Shown: one piece after another, positions 1-8,316 of the stretch
How the letters are laid out: each line of letters begins with the position of its first letter
Position numbering within the stretch: the first letter of the stretch is position 1
Assembly (NCBI GenBank): GCA_013289165.1
Contig: JABDAL010000001.1
Location: 9,603-73,602 of the forward strand
DNA from: Bacteroidota bacterium
Lineage (GTDB): Bacteria; Bacteroidota; Bacteroidia; JABEUT01
Direction: 5' to 3'
Length of the DNA: 64,000 nt
Notes under the pieces: model-generated
Databases searched by the model: none
What the model saw: the letters and a program-made list of their open reading frames with translations, nothing else
What the model was told of the DNA's origin: nothing
Translations under genes and position numbers: made by a program

Positions 1-61
1 GTTGCAGCTACTGAAAAAATAAGAGTTTGTAGAATTTTTATCTTCATTTATCAAAAGTGTT

Positions 62-69
62 TATATTTG
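62..69 (+). promoter_or_regulatory. candidate -7 promoter box TATATTTG (Bacteroidota sigma-A consensus TAnnTTTG)
   Basis: Exact match to TAnnTTTG about 33 nt upstream of the ATG at 102. Confidence 0.35.
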
Positions 70-101
70 CCCGTCGTAAAAGTACGTGATTTTCGGTTTG
101 C

Positions 102-464
102 ATGAAAAAAATTATTCGCTTCAGTTGTTTTTCTATTTCGTTCGTAGCGGCTATTGCTGTTTTAAGTTCCCAGACTGCTTGTCAAAAACAAAGTACTAAT
201 TGTTCGGCGGTAATTACTACTACAGACTCTACCAGTACGCCCATACCGGGTGTTTTTGTTAAATTATATGCACCTCACAGTACGGCTGGAGACAGTGGAA
301 CAACCAATGCGGCTGGCACTATAAGCTTTACGTTTAATCTTCCTGCTATTTATCGCATTTCTGCCCGGAAAATAGTTTCCAAGGGTGACACTATCAATGG
401 AACAGGTATTATTCAATTGCAAGTGGGGCAAACAGAATCTACTTCTGTAGTATTGCAGCACTAA
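102..464 (+). CDS. hypothetical secreted/lipoprotein, 120 aa
   Basis: ORF with an N-terminal hydrophobic signal peptide ending SSQTAC (lipobox-like Cys). The rest is Thr/Ser/Gly-rich and beta-rich. No family motif recognised. Confidence 0.55.
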   Translation: MKKIIRFSCFSISFVAAIAVLSSQTACQKQSTNCSAVITTTDSTSTPIPGVFVKLYAPHSTAGDSGTTNAAGTISFTFNLPAIYRISARKIVSKGDTINGTGIIQLQVGQTESTSVVLQH

Positions 465-486
465 TAAATTTTTGCTTTTTTAGGAA

Positions 487-2607
487 TTATCTCAGCAGGG
501 TTACCGTACCGGTTTGCTGGAAGTATTGCCCTTTGTTGGAGGTATAGGTAAGCAGGTAAACATAAATTCCTTCCATAACCTTGCCGCCATGCTCGGTGCC
601 ATCCCAGCCAATAGTAGGGTCAGTAGATTGAAATATAAGTTGTCCCCAGCGATTGAGTACAGAGAAATTATATCCGGTTACACCTATAAAAACCCCTACA
701 GGTATAAATATTTTATTTACTCCATTGGGGTTGAAGGCATCCGGTATAAACACTATCGGGTTTTGATATGCCTCGGTAATATTGGAGTAGCTGGAATCTC
801 TAAAGGAATATGGATAGGTGAGGCCCGTATCATTTGCCATTCCCTTTATATAATAATAAAATATTCCTTTGCTCGAAGCAACACTTGCAATGCTATCCTC
901 GTAAGTATATTCTCCGGCAGGAACAGAAGTTTTTTGTTTATGCGGGCCGGCATATTTAACGGTATGCAAAAAAGCATAGTTGATTCCATCCAGCGAACGA
1001 TAAATTTCGTAGTCCAATGGGGGTTCATACCATTCTCTGTAGTCGTTCCAGTTTAATGTATTGAGTCCATTTGTCTGGGCAGTAGCTGTCAGGTAAATGG
1101 TTTGGCCTATGTTCGTGGTATCAACAGATTTGTTGCAGCTGTCCAGCGTAAGTATCCTATATATGTAGCTCTGGGTAGATGGTTTTGCCTTCAGGTCAGT
1201 ATAACTTATGGTGTCATTGGCAAAAGGAGATCTCAACGTATCAATCGAAGAAAATTTTCCGGTATCTGTAGAGCGCTGAAATACATAAGCTGCGGCCCCG
1301 GATGCTGTATCAATAAACCCTTCTACAAATATATCAGAAGTAAAGAGGATAACGGATGCCGTTCGGAGATAATTATTTTGCGGGGGTTTAGATAATCCCA
1401 CACTATAGCAAATTATATTCGATGAGGCCGTAGTATCATGGCGCAAGGAGTCCCATACACGCACATAATAACACCTCGATTCTATTTTATTCAACCCGGT
1501 GTCCTCATAGGTTGTTACTTGCGGGTTTGTTTTGGCAAGGATTTTAAATGGTCCACCGTTCACACTGTAGTAAACAATATAACCGCCCACATCTCCATCA
1601 AGGTTTACATATGTATTCCATGTAAGGGTATTAGTTTGTGCACACTTATCAGGTGCATCATGTAAAAATAAAGTGTTTTGTTGATTGCTTTGTGCACCTG
1701 CAGTTGACTTGCAACTATCTATAGGGGCTACAGTTATCGAATAAGAGCCTGTAGATGGATTGAGGCTGGTTACATTAAAGGAAGTACTATTTATGCCATA
1801 AACAGTATCAATAGGGGTCCCATTATTATAAATAATATAACCTATTACATTACCCTGAGTACTTTTTGTCCAGGAAACATAAATGGTATTGCCTGCTGTC
1901 ACGCTTACAGTATCAATACCCACGGCGAGAGGGGCATTTCCTACATAATAGCTTTTCCCGGTGACATTGGAAAATGATACACACCCCGAGGAATCAGGCA
2001 ATTCTACCTCAAAGCGTACCGTATCTGCACAAAGGGTAATATTTATAGTATCAGTAAACAGGCCTGTTTGAGGATTAAACGTATTGGCATTAACAGTACC
2101 AACAAGTACCGGTATATATGTTTTATAATATTCCTGGTACACACTATAAAAGGGATATTCGGTAGGTAGTTGGGTAGGATAGATGGGATTCCATGTTAAT
2201 ACTGCCATTCCAGGACTGGGTTTTTGATAAGAAAGATAGATAGTTGAGAGCGTGTCAACCGGAACGGAATTCTTGGTAGATAGAGTGGTGATATAAAAAT
2301 AAATAGGCTTTGTGTTCGCTCCTGTACCAAATATAACGGTACTGTTTTGAAACGGGCTACCTACCGTAGTAACACTATAACCAAAATTACGGTTGGAGCT
2401 CGTATAAATATTGTAGCTTTTGAATGTATTTATATTACTATTCAGGTTTGAAGGGAGTCCCCATACAACGGTAACATCGCCATTAGCATTTACCGAAAGA
2501 CAATAAATATCGGGCGAAGCTATAGTCTGCCCTTTTACTTGCGTAAAACCTACTCCCCAAAGAATTAGGATTAGTAAACTAAGATATCTTTTAGCGCTAT
2601 AAATCAT
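487..2607 (-). CDS. large cell-surface protein with gliding-motility-associated C-terminal domain (T9SS type B sorting domain)
   Basis: The C-terminal ~90 aa carry the CHU_C / type B sorting signature (IPDAFNPNG...FSVLNRWGQLIFQSTDP..GWDG...GIYVYLLTY). I moved the start to the internal Met (MIYSAKRYLSLLILILWGVGFTQVKGQ), which gives a clean signal peptide. Confidence 0.8.
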   Translation of the reverse strand: MIYSAKRYLSLLILILWGVGFTQVKGQTIASPDIYCLSVNANGDVTVVWGLPSNLNSNINTFKSYNIYTSSNRNFGYSVTTVGSPFQNSTVIFGTGANTKPIYFYITTLSTKNSVPVDTLSTIYLSYQKPSPGMAVLTWNPIYPTQLPTEYPFYSVYQEYYKTYIPVLVGTVNANTFNPQTGLFTDTINITLCADTVRFEVELPDSSGCVSFSNVTGKSYYVGNAPLAVGIDTVSVTAGNTIYVSWTKSTQGNVIGYIIYNNGTPIDTVYGINSTSFNVTSLNPSTGSYSITVAPIDSCKSTAGAQSNQQNTLFLHDAPDKCAQTNTLTWNTYVNLDGDVGGYIVYYSVNGGPFKILAKTNPQVTTYEDTGLNKIESRCYYVRVWDSLRHDTTASSNIICYSVGLSKPPQNNYLRTASVILFTSDIFVEGFIDTASGAAAYVFQRSTDTGKFSSIDTLRSPFANDTISYTDLKAKPSTQSYIYRILTLDSCNKSVDTTNIGQTIYLTATAQTNGLNTLNWNDYREWYEPPLDYEIYRSLDGINYAFLHTVKYAGPHKQKTSVPAGEYTYEDSIASVASSKGIFYYYIKGMANDTGLTYPYSFRDSSYSNITEAYQNPIVFIPDAFNPNGVNKIFIPVGVFIGVTGYNFSVLNRWGQLIFQSTDPTIGWDGTEHGGKVMEGIYVYLLTYTSNKGQYFQQTGTVTLLR

Positions 2608-2701
2608 CGAAAAATAACAGAACAAAGATACTAAAAATCTCCATCTAAGCATTAATACGTAAAATAAGCCCAATAGGTTGGGTAGACCTTGTATAACGTA
2701 C

Positions 2702-3724
2702 TTACGATAACGTATATTGCTTTACACTTTCAATAAATGTTTGTACATTCTCCATAGGGATGTCAGGGTAAACTCCGTGCCCCAGGTTTGCAATATATTC
2801 TTGTGTTCCAAATTGTTGTAGCATTTCCCGGGTTTTATTCCGGATAGTTTTGGGTTCGGCATATAAAATACAGGGGTCAAGGTTTCCTTGTAAGGTTTTA
2901 CCCTGCAACACGCTTCTCGCTTCTGAAGGGGCTATGGTCCAATCCAGTCCAATGATGCGGCAATTGAGTTTTGCTATTGCCTTCGACGAAAAAAATGCTC
3001 CCCTTGGAAATGCAATTACAGGCACAAGCGGGCTAAGTGCATCGCATATTCTGGCAATATAGGGCAATGAAAATTCTTCGTATGCTTCCGGTGAAAGTAT
3101 GCCGCCCCATGAATCAAATATCTGCACAATCTGGGCTCCGGCATTTACCTGGTCCTTGAGATAGGCTATCGTGGTCCGGGTAATTTTATCAAGCAGGCTA
3201 TGTGCCATTTCGGGCTCAGCGTATAACATCCTTTTAGCAACCGAGAAAGTTTTACTTCCCTTTCCTTCGGTCATATAGGCGAAAATAGTCCAGGGGCTGC
3301 CTGCAAAGCCAATCAAGGGCACTTTCCCGTTCAGTTCACTTTTAGTCAGTCGAATGGCTTGTGTAACGTAGCTCCAGTTTTCAATGCTGCCAATCCTAAG
3401 TGCTTCTATATCTTTCCGGCTTTGAATCGTTTTTTCAAATAGAGGCCCTTTGCTCTCCAACATCAGGTAATCTAACCCCATGGCCTCCGGCACCACCAAA
3501 ATATCAGAGAAAATGATGGCCGCATCAACCCCTAACACATCCACAGGCTCAAGGGTAGCTTCACAAGCCAAGGAAGGTGTTTTTACCAATTCTTTAAAAT
3601 CCTTCACTTTCTCCCTGAGTTTTCGGTATCCGGGTAAAATTCTTCCCGCCTGTCGCATTAACCAAACAGGTACCCGTTCCGTTTTTTCACCTTTTGCTGC
3701 CCTTAGTAATAAATCATTTTTCAT
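2702..3724 (-). CDS. hemE: uroporphyrinogen decarboxylase
   Basis: Shows the HemE N-terminal signature (RVPVWLMRQAGRILPGYRKLR) and matching overall length. Start set at the internal Met (MKNDLLLRAAKGE), which lies just downstream of a TAAGTTTG box. Confidence 0.9.
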   Translation of the reverse strand: MKNDLLLRAAKGEKTERVPVWLMRQAGRILPGYRKLREKVKDFKELVKTPSLACEATLEPVDVLGVDAAIIFSDILVVPEAMGLDYLMLESKGPLFEKTIQSRKDIEALRIGSIENWSYVTQAIRLTKSELNGKVPLIGFAGSPWTIFAYMTEGKGSKTFSVAKRMLYAEPEMAHSLLDKITRTTIAYLKDQVNAGAQIVQIFDSWGGILSPEAYEEFSLPYIARICDALSPLVPVIAFPRGAFFSSKAIAKLNCRIIGLDWTIAPSEARSVLQGKTLQGNLDPCILYAEPKTIRNKTREMLQQFGTQEYIANLGHGVYPDIPMENVQTFIESVKQYTLS

Positions 3725-3729
3725 GGGTG

Positions 3730-3737
3730 CAAACTTA
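3730..3737 (-). promoter_or_regulatory. candidate -7 box TAAGTTTG for hemE
   Basis: The reverse complement of 3730-3737 is TAAGTTTG. Its G lies 6 nt before the A of the hemE ATG, so the mRNA would be leaderless or nearly so. Confidence 0.35.
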
Positions 3738-3754
3738 TTAAAATAGGCGATAGG

Positions 3755-4135
3755 TCGTGACTGGAATATGTCACGCTCCCCATAGGGCATGACATATTTA
3801 TAATTCACAGGTAACCTGTCACTTTCATATTTTATGTCACGGTTTTCCGGTATCCGGTATCAATTCGATGTTCAAATTTTTCCCTCTTATAACTGAAATG
3901 GAGTGGGCTAAGTGTAAGTGAAATATATTGATAAACAGTCTTTTTAATATTCATTTTCCACTCTTCATTTACAGTACACTTGCCACACACTTGCATATCA
4001 AAAAGATATGTCACGGTGATCAAAAAAATACGTCATGGTGAAAATATACCTTAAGTACCTGGTTTTGTGGATATACTATCAATACGTCACATTGCCCATT
4101 TCGTAAAAAACCGTGACATAACGGTTTTTGAGTTC
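3755..4135 (-). repeat. copy 1 (inverted) of an intergenic element carrying multiple CCGTGACAT boxes
   Basis: The reverse complement of 4130..3981 aligns without gaps to 23121..23270, with 126/150 identities counted by hand. Boxes are at 4111-4119, 4084-4092, 4030-4038, 4008-4016, 3834-3842 and 3768-3776. Confidence 0.75.
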
Positions 4136-4212
4136 TATTAAAAAAACTTAACAATTTCCTCCGAACTTCTTTCCCGGATTTCGTATAAAAGGTATAACTT
4201 CGCAATTACATT

Positions 4213-6426
4213 ATGGAACTTGTTGCAGTAGTAAACGAAGCCGAATTAGAAAAGAAGGAAATACTAAACCGTTACCGGGGACTTCTCCGCTCGTGCCGGT
4301 ACAAAGTAGATGACAGCGATAAAAAGCTTATCCGGAAGGCTTTTAATATTGCCCTGGAGGCCCACAAAAATGCCCGCCGCAAATCGGGAGAGCCTTACAT
4401 ATATCACCCTTTAGCCGTAGCCCGTATTGTAGCGGAGGAAATAGGACTTGGTTCTATTGCCATTGCTTGTGCATTGCTGCACGACACGGTTGAAGATACC
4501 GATATAAGCCTCAAGGATATTGAAGGAATGTTCGGCAAAAAGGTAGCCTCTATTATTGACGGGCTCACCAAAATAGCAGGGGTATTTGATGCATCCTCTT
4601 CTCTCCAGGCCGAAAATTTCCGTAAAATGCTGCTTACCCTTGCCGAAGACGTTAGGGTGATACTTATAAAGCTGGCAGATAGGTTACACAACATGCGTAC
4701 CCTCGATTCTATGGAAAGGACCAAGCAGCTGAAAATAGCCTCTGAAACACTTTATCTCTATGCTCCACTGGCCCACCGCTTGGGGTTAAATGCTATTAAA
4801 TCAGAGTTGGAAGACTTATCGTTGAAATATACAGAGCCCGTTTTGTTTGCTGACTTAGTTCAGAAGTTAAAAGATACCCAGGCAGAGCGTACACGTTATA
4901 TACACCGGTTTATTACGCCTATCAGGGAGGCCCTCCATGACCAGAAAATGAAGTTCCGCATTTTCGGTCGCCCTAAATCCGTTTATTCCATTTGGAACAA
5001 AATAAAAAACAAGGGGGTTCCCTTTGAGGAAGTGTATGACATATTCGCTATCCGCATCATCATTGATTCTCCCACGGAACAGGAAAAGGCTGATTGTTGG
5101 AGGGTATATTCATTAGTTACCGATTATTATTACCCAAACCCGGACCGCCTGCGAGATTGGATTTCTACGCCAAAAGCCAATGGGTATGAAGCATTGCATA
5201 CAACTGTTATGGGCCCCAACGGACAATGGGTGGAAGTTCAAATTAGAAGCGAGCGTATGAATGAAGTGGCTGAAAAAGGATATGCTGCCCATTGGAAATA
5301 TAAAGAGGGTGGACACGCAGAGGAAGATCCTTTGGAAGAGTGGCTTAAAAAAATACGACTCTCTCTCGAAAACCCTGACAGCAATGCCCTTGATTTTATC
5401 GACGATTTTAAATTAAATCTTTTTGCTGACGAAATATTTGTCTTTACACCCAAAGGCGAAATGCGGTCTCTCCCCGTAAACTCTACTGCGCTTGACTTTG
5501 CATTCGATATACACTCACAGGTGGGGGCGAAGTGCATCGGTGCAAAAGTCAATCATAAATTGGTTCCTTTAAGCCATAAATTAAACAGCGGCGACCAGGT
5601 AGAAATACTTACTTCTGTTAAACAGGCTCCCAAAGCCGATTGGATAAACTATGTGGTTACAGCCAAAGCCAAGTCGGCGATAAAGGTATTATTGAAAGAA
5701 GAAAGATATAAGCAGGCCGCGGAAGGTAAGGAGATATTGAAGCGTAAAATGAGCCACCTGAAAATTGAGTTCACAGAAAAAAATATTCATGATATAGCTA
5801 CTTTTTTAAAATTGGGAGATAGCCAGGAACTCTTTTACCGTGCTGCCCTTGAAAGGGTCACTGTGAAAGAGTTGAAAGAATATCTTGATTCCAAAGATGA
5901 AAAGCAAAACGGACAGCCGCAAAACAATGCACCCACATTAGAGGAACTTGTTTCGAAAGCAAGAGGAAAGCAGGATACCCTGATGATTGGTGACAATATG
6001 GATAAGCTGGAATATAAGCTCTCACCATGTTGCAACCCTATTCCGGGAGATGACGTGTTTGGGTTTATTACCATTCACGAAGGAATAAAAATTCATCGTG
6101 TAAGCTGCCCTAATGCCATAGCCCTCATGTCCAATCACGCATACCGTATTGTAAAAGCAAAATGGACAAGCCAGAAACTGATATCTTTCCTTGCCGGAAT
6201 AAAAATAACCGGGATTGATAAAATTGGGCTGGTAAATAAGCTTACCCAGATTATATCCAAAGAACTCAATGTAAACATGCGTTCCATTAGTTTCGATACG
6301 AATGACGGAACTTTCGAAGGTACCATTATGGTATTTGTTCACGATACGGCCCACCTTACCGACCTCATCAAGAAAATCCAAAAGGTGGACGGGGTAGTTA
6401 AGGTTACAAGGATAGATACAAATTAA
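4213..6426 (+). CDS. rsh: bifunctional (p)ppGpp synthetase/hydrolase, RelA/SpoT homolog
   Basis: 737 aa. HD hydrolase motif (ALLHDTVEDT), RelA_SpoT synthetase region (YSIWNKI...DIFAIRII), and TGS and ACT-like C-terminal regions. Confidence 0.9.
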   Translation: MELVAVVNEAELEKKEILNRYRGLLRSCRYKVDDSDKKLIRKAFNIALEAHKNARRKSGEPYIYHPLAVARIVAEEIGLGSIAIACALLHDTVEDTDISLKDIEGMFGKKVASIIDGLTKIAGVFDASSSLQAENFRKMLLTLAEDVRVILIKLADRLHNMRTLDSMERTKQLKIASETLYLYAPLAHRLGLNAIKSELEDLSLKYTEPVLFADLVQKLKDTQAERTRYIHRFITPIREALHDQKMKFRIFGRPKSVYSIWNKIKNKGVPFEEVYDIFAIRIIIDSPTEQEKADCWRVYSLVTDYYYPNPDRLRDWISTPKANGYEALHTTVMGPNGQWVEVQIRSERMNEVAEKGYAAHWKYKEGGHAEEDPLEEWLKKIRLSLENPDSNALDFIDDFKLNLFADEIFVFTPKGEMRSLPVNSTALDFAFDIHSQVGAKCIGAKVNHKLVPLSHKLNSGDQVEILTSVKQAPKADWINYVVTAKAKSAIKVLLKEERYKQAAEGKEILKRKMSHLKIEFTEKNIHDIATFLKLGDSQELFYRAALERVTVKELKEYLDSKDEKQNGQPQNNAPTLEELVSKARGKQDTLMIGDNMDKLEYKLSPCCNPIPGDDVFGFITIHEGIKIHRVSCPNAIALMSNHAYRIVKAKWTSQKLISFLAGIKITGIDKIGLVNKLTQIISKELNVNMRSISFDTNDGTFEGTIMVFVHDTAHLTDLIKKIQKVDGVVKVTRIDTN

Positions 6427-6438
6427 AAACAATATCTC

Positions 6439-6900
6439 TCATTTTCCCCAAGTTGGTATTTCAGTCAAAGCATGGTACGTTTGATTTGCTTTATCTAACT
6501 GAAAGCAAAAATGATTAATGCCGTTACTTAATACCATTATGTTAACAGCCATAACCAGGTTGTAGCGCATTGCCTGGTCAAAAACATTCTGGGTTATCTC
6601 TACATCCGGGCTTTTGCATTCAGCCATCAGCAGAGGGATACCTGTGTTGGTGCAAACTATTATATCTGCTCGTTTACTAAGATTATTATACTTAAATTCT
6701 TTTTCCACTTTCATTAGCCCGAGAGGATATCCTTTTTCCTCTTTCAAATAGCGAATGAGGTGTTGCCTTACCCACTCCTCAGGTGTTAATAACACATACT
6801 TCTTGCGGGCAGGATCAAAAATCCTCAATTGCCCCTTTTCTTCCTTAATCCGGAACTTATAAGCAGGAAAATTAAGCTGGGGTAAATGGTGTTCTGACAA
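6439..6900 (-). CDS. HsdR_N-domain (type I restriction enzyme R N-terminal-like) protein
   Basis: The core LNFPAYKFRIKEE...RIFDP.RKKYV.LTPEEWVRQHLIRYL...ADIIV is typical of stand-alone HsdR_N proteins. The long ORF to 6996 would overlap holA and its promoter, so I infer a TTG start at 6900 downstream of a TAAATTTG box. The start is uncertain. Confidence 0.6.
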   Translation of the reverse strand: MSEHHLPQLNFPAYKFRIKEEKGQLRIFDPARKKYVLLTPEEWVRQHLIRYLKEEKGYPLGLMKVEKEFKYNNLSKRADIIVCTNTGIPLLMAECKSPDVEITQNVFDQAMRYNLVMAVNIMVLSNGINHFCFQLDKANQTYHALTEIPTWGK

Positions 6901-6923
6901 TGTGGATATGTTTATATGCAGGG

Positions 6924-6931
6924 CAAATTTA
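6924..6931 (-). promoter_or_regulatory. candidate -7 box TAAATTTG for the HsdR_N gene
   Basis: Reverse complement matches TAnnTTTG, 23 nt upstream of the proposed TTG start. Confidence 0.3.
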
Positions 6932-6948
6932 TGTATAGTATAGAAACC

Positions 6949-6956
6949 TATATTTG
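6949..6956 (+). promoter_or_regulatory. candidate -7 box TATATTTG for holA
   Basis: Exact TAnnTTTG 19 nt upstream of the ATG at 6975. Confidence 0.35.
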
Positions 6957-6974
6957 AACTCGGATTTTTACCGA

Positions 6975-8051
6975 ATGACATATAAGGAAATAACATCCGA
7001 TTTAGATAAGAAATTATTTCACCCCGTATACTTCTTTTGTGGTGAAGAGCCCTTCTACATCGATATGCTGGCCCAGCAAATTGAAAAAAGCGTGCTGGAT
7101 GAAACGGAAAGGGAATTCAACCAGTTTGTATTTTATGGCCGCGAAAATAACTTGGCCACTATATTAGATGCGGCTTACCGTTTCCCCATGATGGCCAACC
7201 ACCAGGTCATTATTGTTAAAGAAGCCCAGGATTTAAAGGATCTTTTACCAAAAGCCAAAGAAAAGGACAGCGATAAGGAACACCTTCTTGTATCCTATCT
7301 TGAAAAGCCACAGAAGACAACCGTATTAGTGTTTTGCTATAAGTATAAAACGCTGGATATGCGTACTTCGGTTGCTAAAAAGATGGCAAAAGGCGGGGTC
7401 TTGTTTGAATCAAAGAAGCTATATGACAATCAAATTCCGGTATGGATTGAAAATTATCTGAAAGATAAAGGATTAATTATAGGACATAAGGCCCTTGCGC
7501 TGCTTACTGAATATTTGGGAAATGATTTGAGCAAAATATCGAATGAACTGAACAAGCTGATGATAAATATTGCTCCGCCTGCTGAAATTACAGTGAACGA
7601 TATTGAGCAAAACATAGGCATAAGTAAGGACTATAACGTATTTGAGCTCCATAATGCCCTCGGTAGCAAGGATGCTGCGAAGGCTATACGGATTATCAAC
7701 TATTTTGCTTCGAATACGAAAGACAATCCTTTTGTGGTAACCATGGGTGCTTTGTATAGCTATTTCAGTAAATTACTCATTTACCATACCATGAAGGACA
7801 AATCACCCAATAATGTGGCAGCATGTTTAGGTGTGTCTCCTTTTTTTGTAAAGGATTATATAAGTGCGGCAAAGTTTTATTCTATGCCTTCCCTGCAAAA
7901 GGCCATGCACATCTTGCGGGAATACGACCTAAAGTCGAAGGGGCTGGGAAATACCTCTTTAGATGAAGCAGACCTCTATAAAGAATTAATCCTTAGGCTG
8001 GTGTACATGGATAAGGTGGTATTAGAAGAAGCAGAGGAAGAAGTAAATTAG
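6975..8051 (+). CDS. holA: DNA polymerase III subunit delta
   Basis: About 358 aa. The N-terminal pattern (HPVYFFCGEEPFYID) and overall helical C-terminal domains are typical of HolA. Start set at the first ATG of the ORF. Confidence 0.8.
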   Translation: MTYKEITSDLDKKLFHPVYFFCGEEPFYIDMLAQQIEKSVLDETEREFNQFVFYGRENNLATILDAAYRFPMMANHQVIIVKEAQDLKDLLPKAKEKDSDKEHLLVSYLEKPQKTTVLVFCYKYKTLDMRTSVAKKMAKGGVLFESKKLYDNQIPVWIENYLKDKGLIIGHKALALLTEYLGNDLSKISNELNKLMINIAPPAEITVNDIEQNIGISKDYNVFELHNALGSKDAAKAIRIINYFASNTKDNPFVVTMGALYSYFSKLLIYHTMKDKSPNNVAACLGVSPFFVKDYISAAKFYSMPSLQKAMHILREYDLKSKGLGNTSLDEADLYKELILRLVYMDKVVLEEAEEEVN

Positions 8052-8070
8052 CGACACAATAAAATTTTAT

Positions 8071-8078
8071 TATTTTTG
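8071..8078 (+). promoter_or_regulatory. candidate -7 box TATTTTTG
   Basis: Exact TAnnTTTG 23 nt upstream of the ATG at 8101. Confidence 0.3.
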
Positions 8079-8100
8079 CCGCCGAAAGAAAATCATACAC

Positions 8101-8313
8101 ATGAAAAAAAGCCAACTCATCGCCATCGCCATTTTCCTGGTGACCTTTTTACTGCCATTCCGTTATGCAGTTCTCGACGTAGATTCCAGTGCACACGGGT
8201 TTAGTGTGTTTGGAGTGTTTTTTACCGGTGTAGGATTTTTAGCAGGCTTTTATTTCCTTATTAAGGACGATACAGATAAGGAACATGGAGGAGAGCATTC
8301 TTCCCATCACTAA
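8101..8313 (+). CDS. small membrane protein, 70 aa, His-rich C-terminus
   Basis: Two predicted hydrophobic helices and the tail DKEHGGEHSSHH. A promoter box lies upstream. No family recognised. Confidence 0.5.
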   Translation: MKKSQLIAIAIFLVTFLLPFRYAVLDVDSSAHGFSVFGVFFTGVGFLAGFYFLIKDDTDKEHGGEHSSHH

Positions 8314-8316
8314 TCC

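Noticed and set aside
514-1056. Numerous antisense or shadow ORFs inside well-supported genes (for example 514-1056, 4404-4724, 5238-5552, 6022-6432, 28489-28929, 42286-42828, 51800-52258, 55888-56268).
   Set aside because: Each is fully embedded opposite, or out of frame with, a gene with strong family motifs. Their translations are low-complexity or Cys/Arg/Ser-rich, as expected for non-coding frames.
3755-4135. Possibility that the box-rich repeat is a replication origin (one TGTGGATAT, DnaA-box-like, at ~4066).
   Set aside because: There is only a single DnaA-box-like 9-mer and it is not conserved in copy 2. No dnaA or dnaN is in the neighbourhood. Two inverted copies 19 kb apart are incompatible with a unique oriC.
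3832-4205. Track ORFs 3832-4023 (63 aa) and 4020-4205 (61 aa) on the minus strand, and 23434-23634 on the plus strand, lying within or next to the repeats.
   Set aside because: The corresponding frames in the other copy are interrupted or unrelated beyond about 10 codons. Two begin at non-ATG codons, and 23434-23634 runs antisense into pyrG. They are treated as non-coding.
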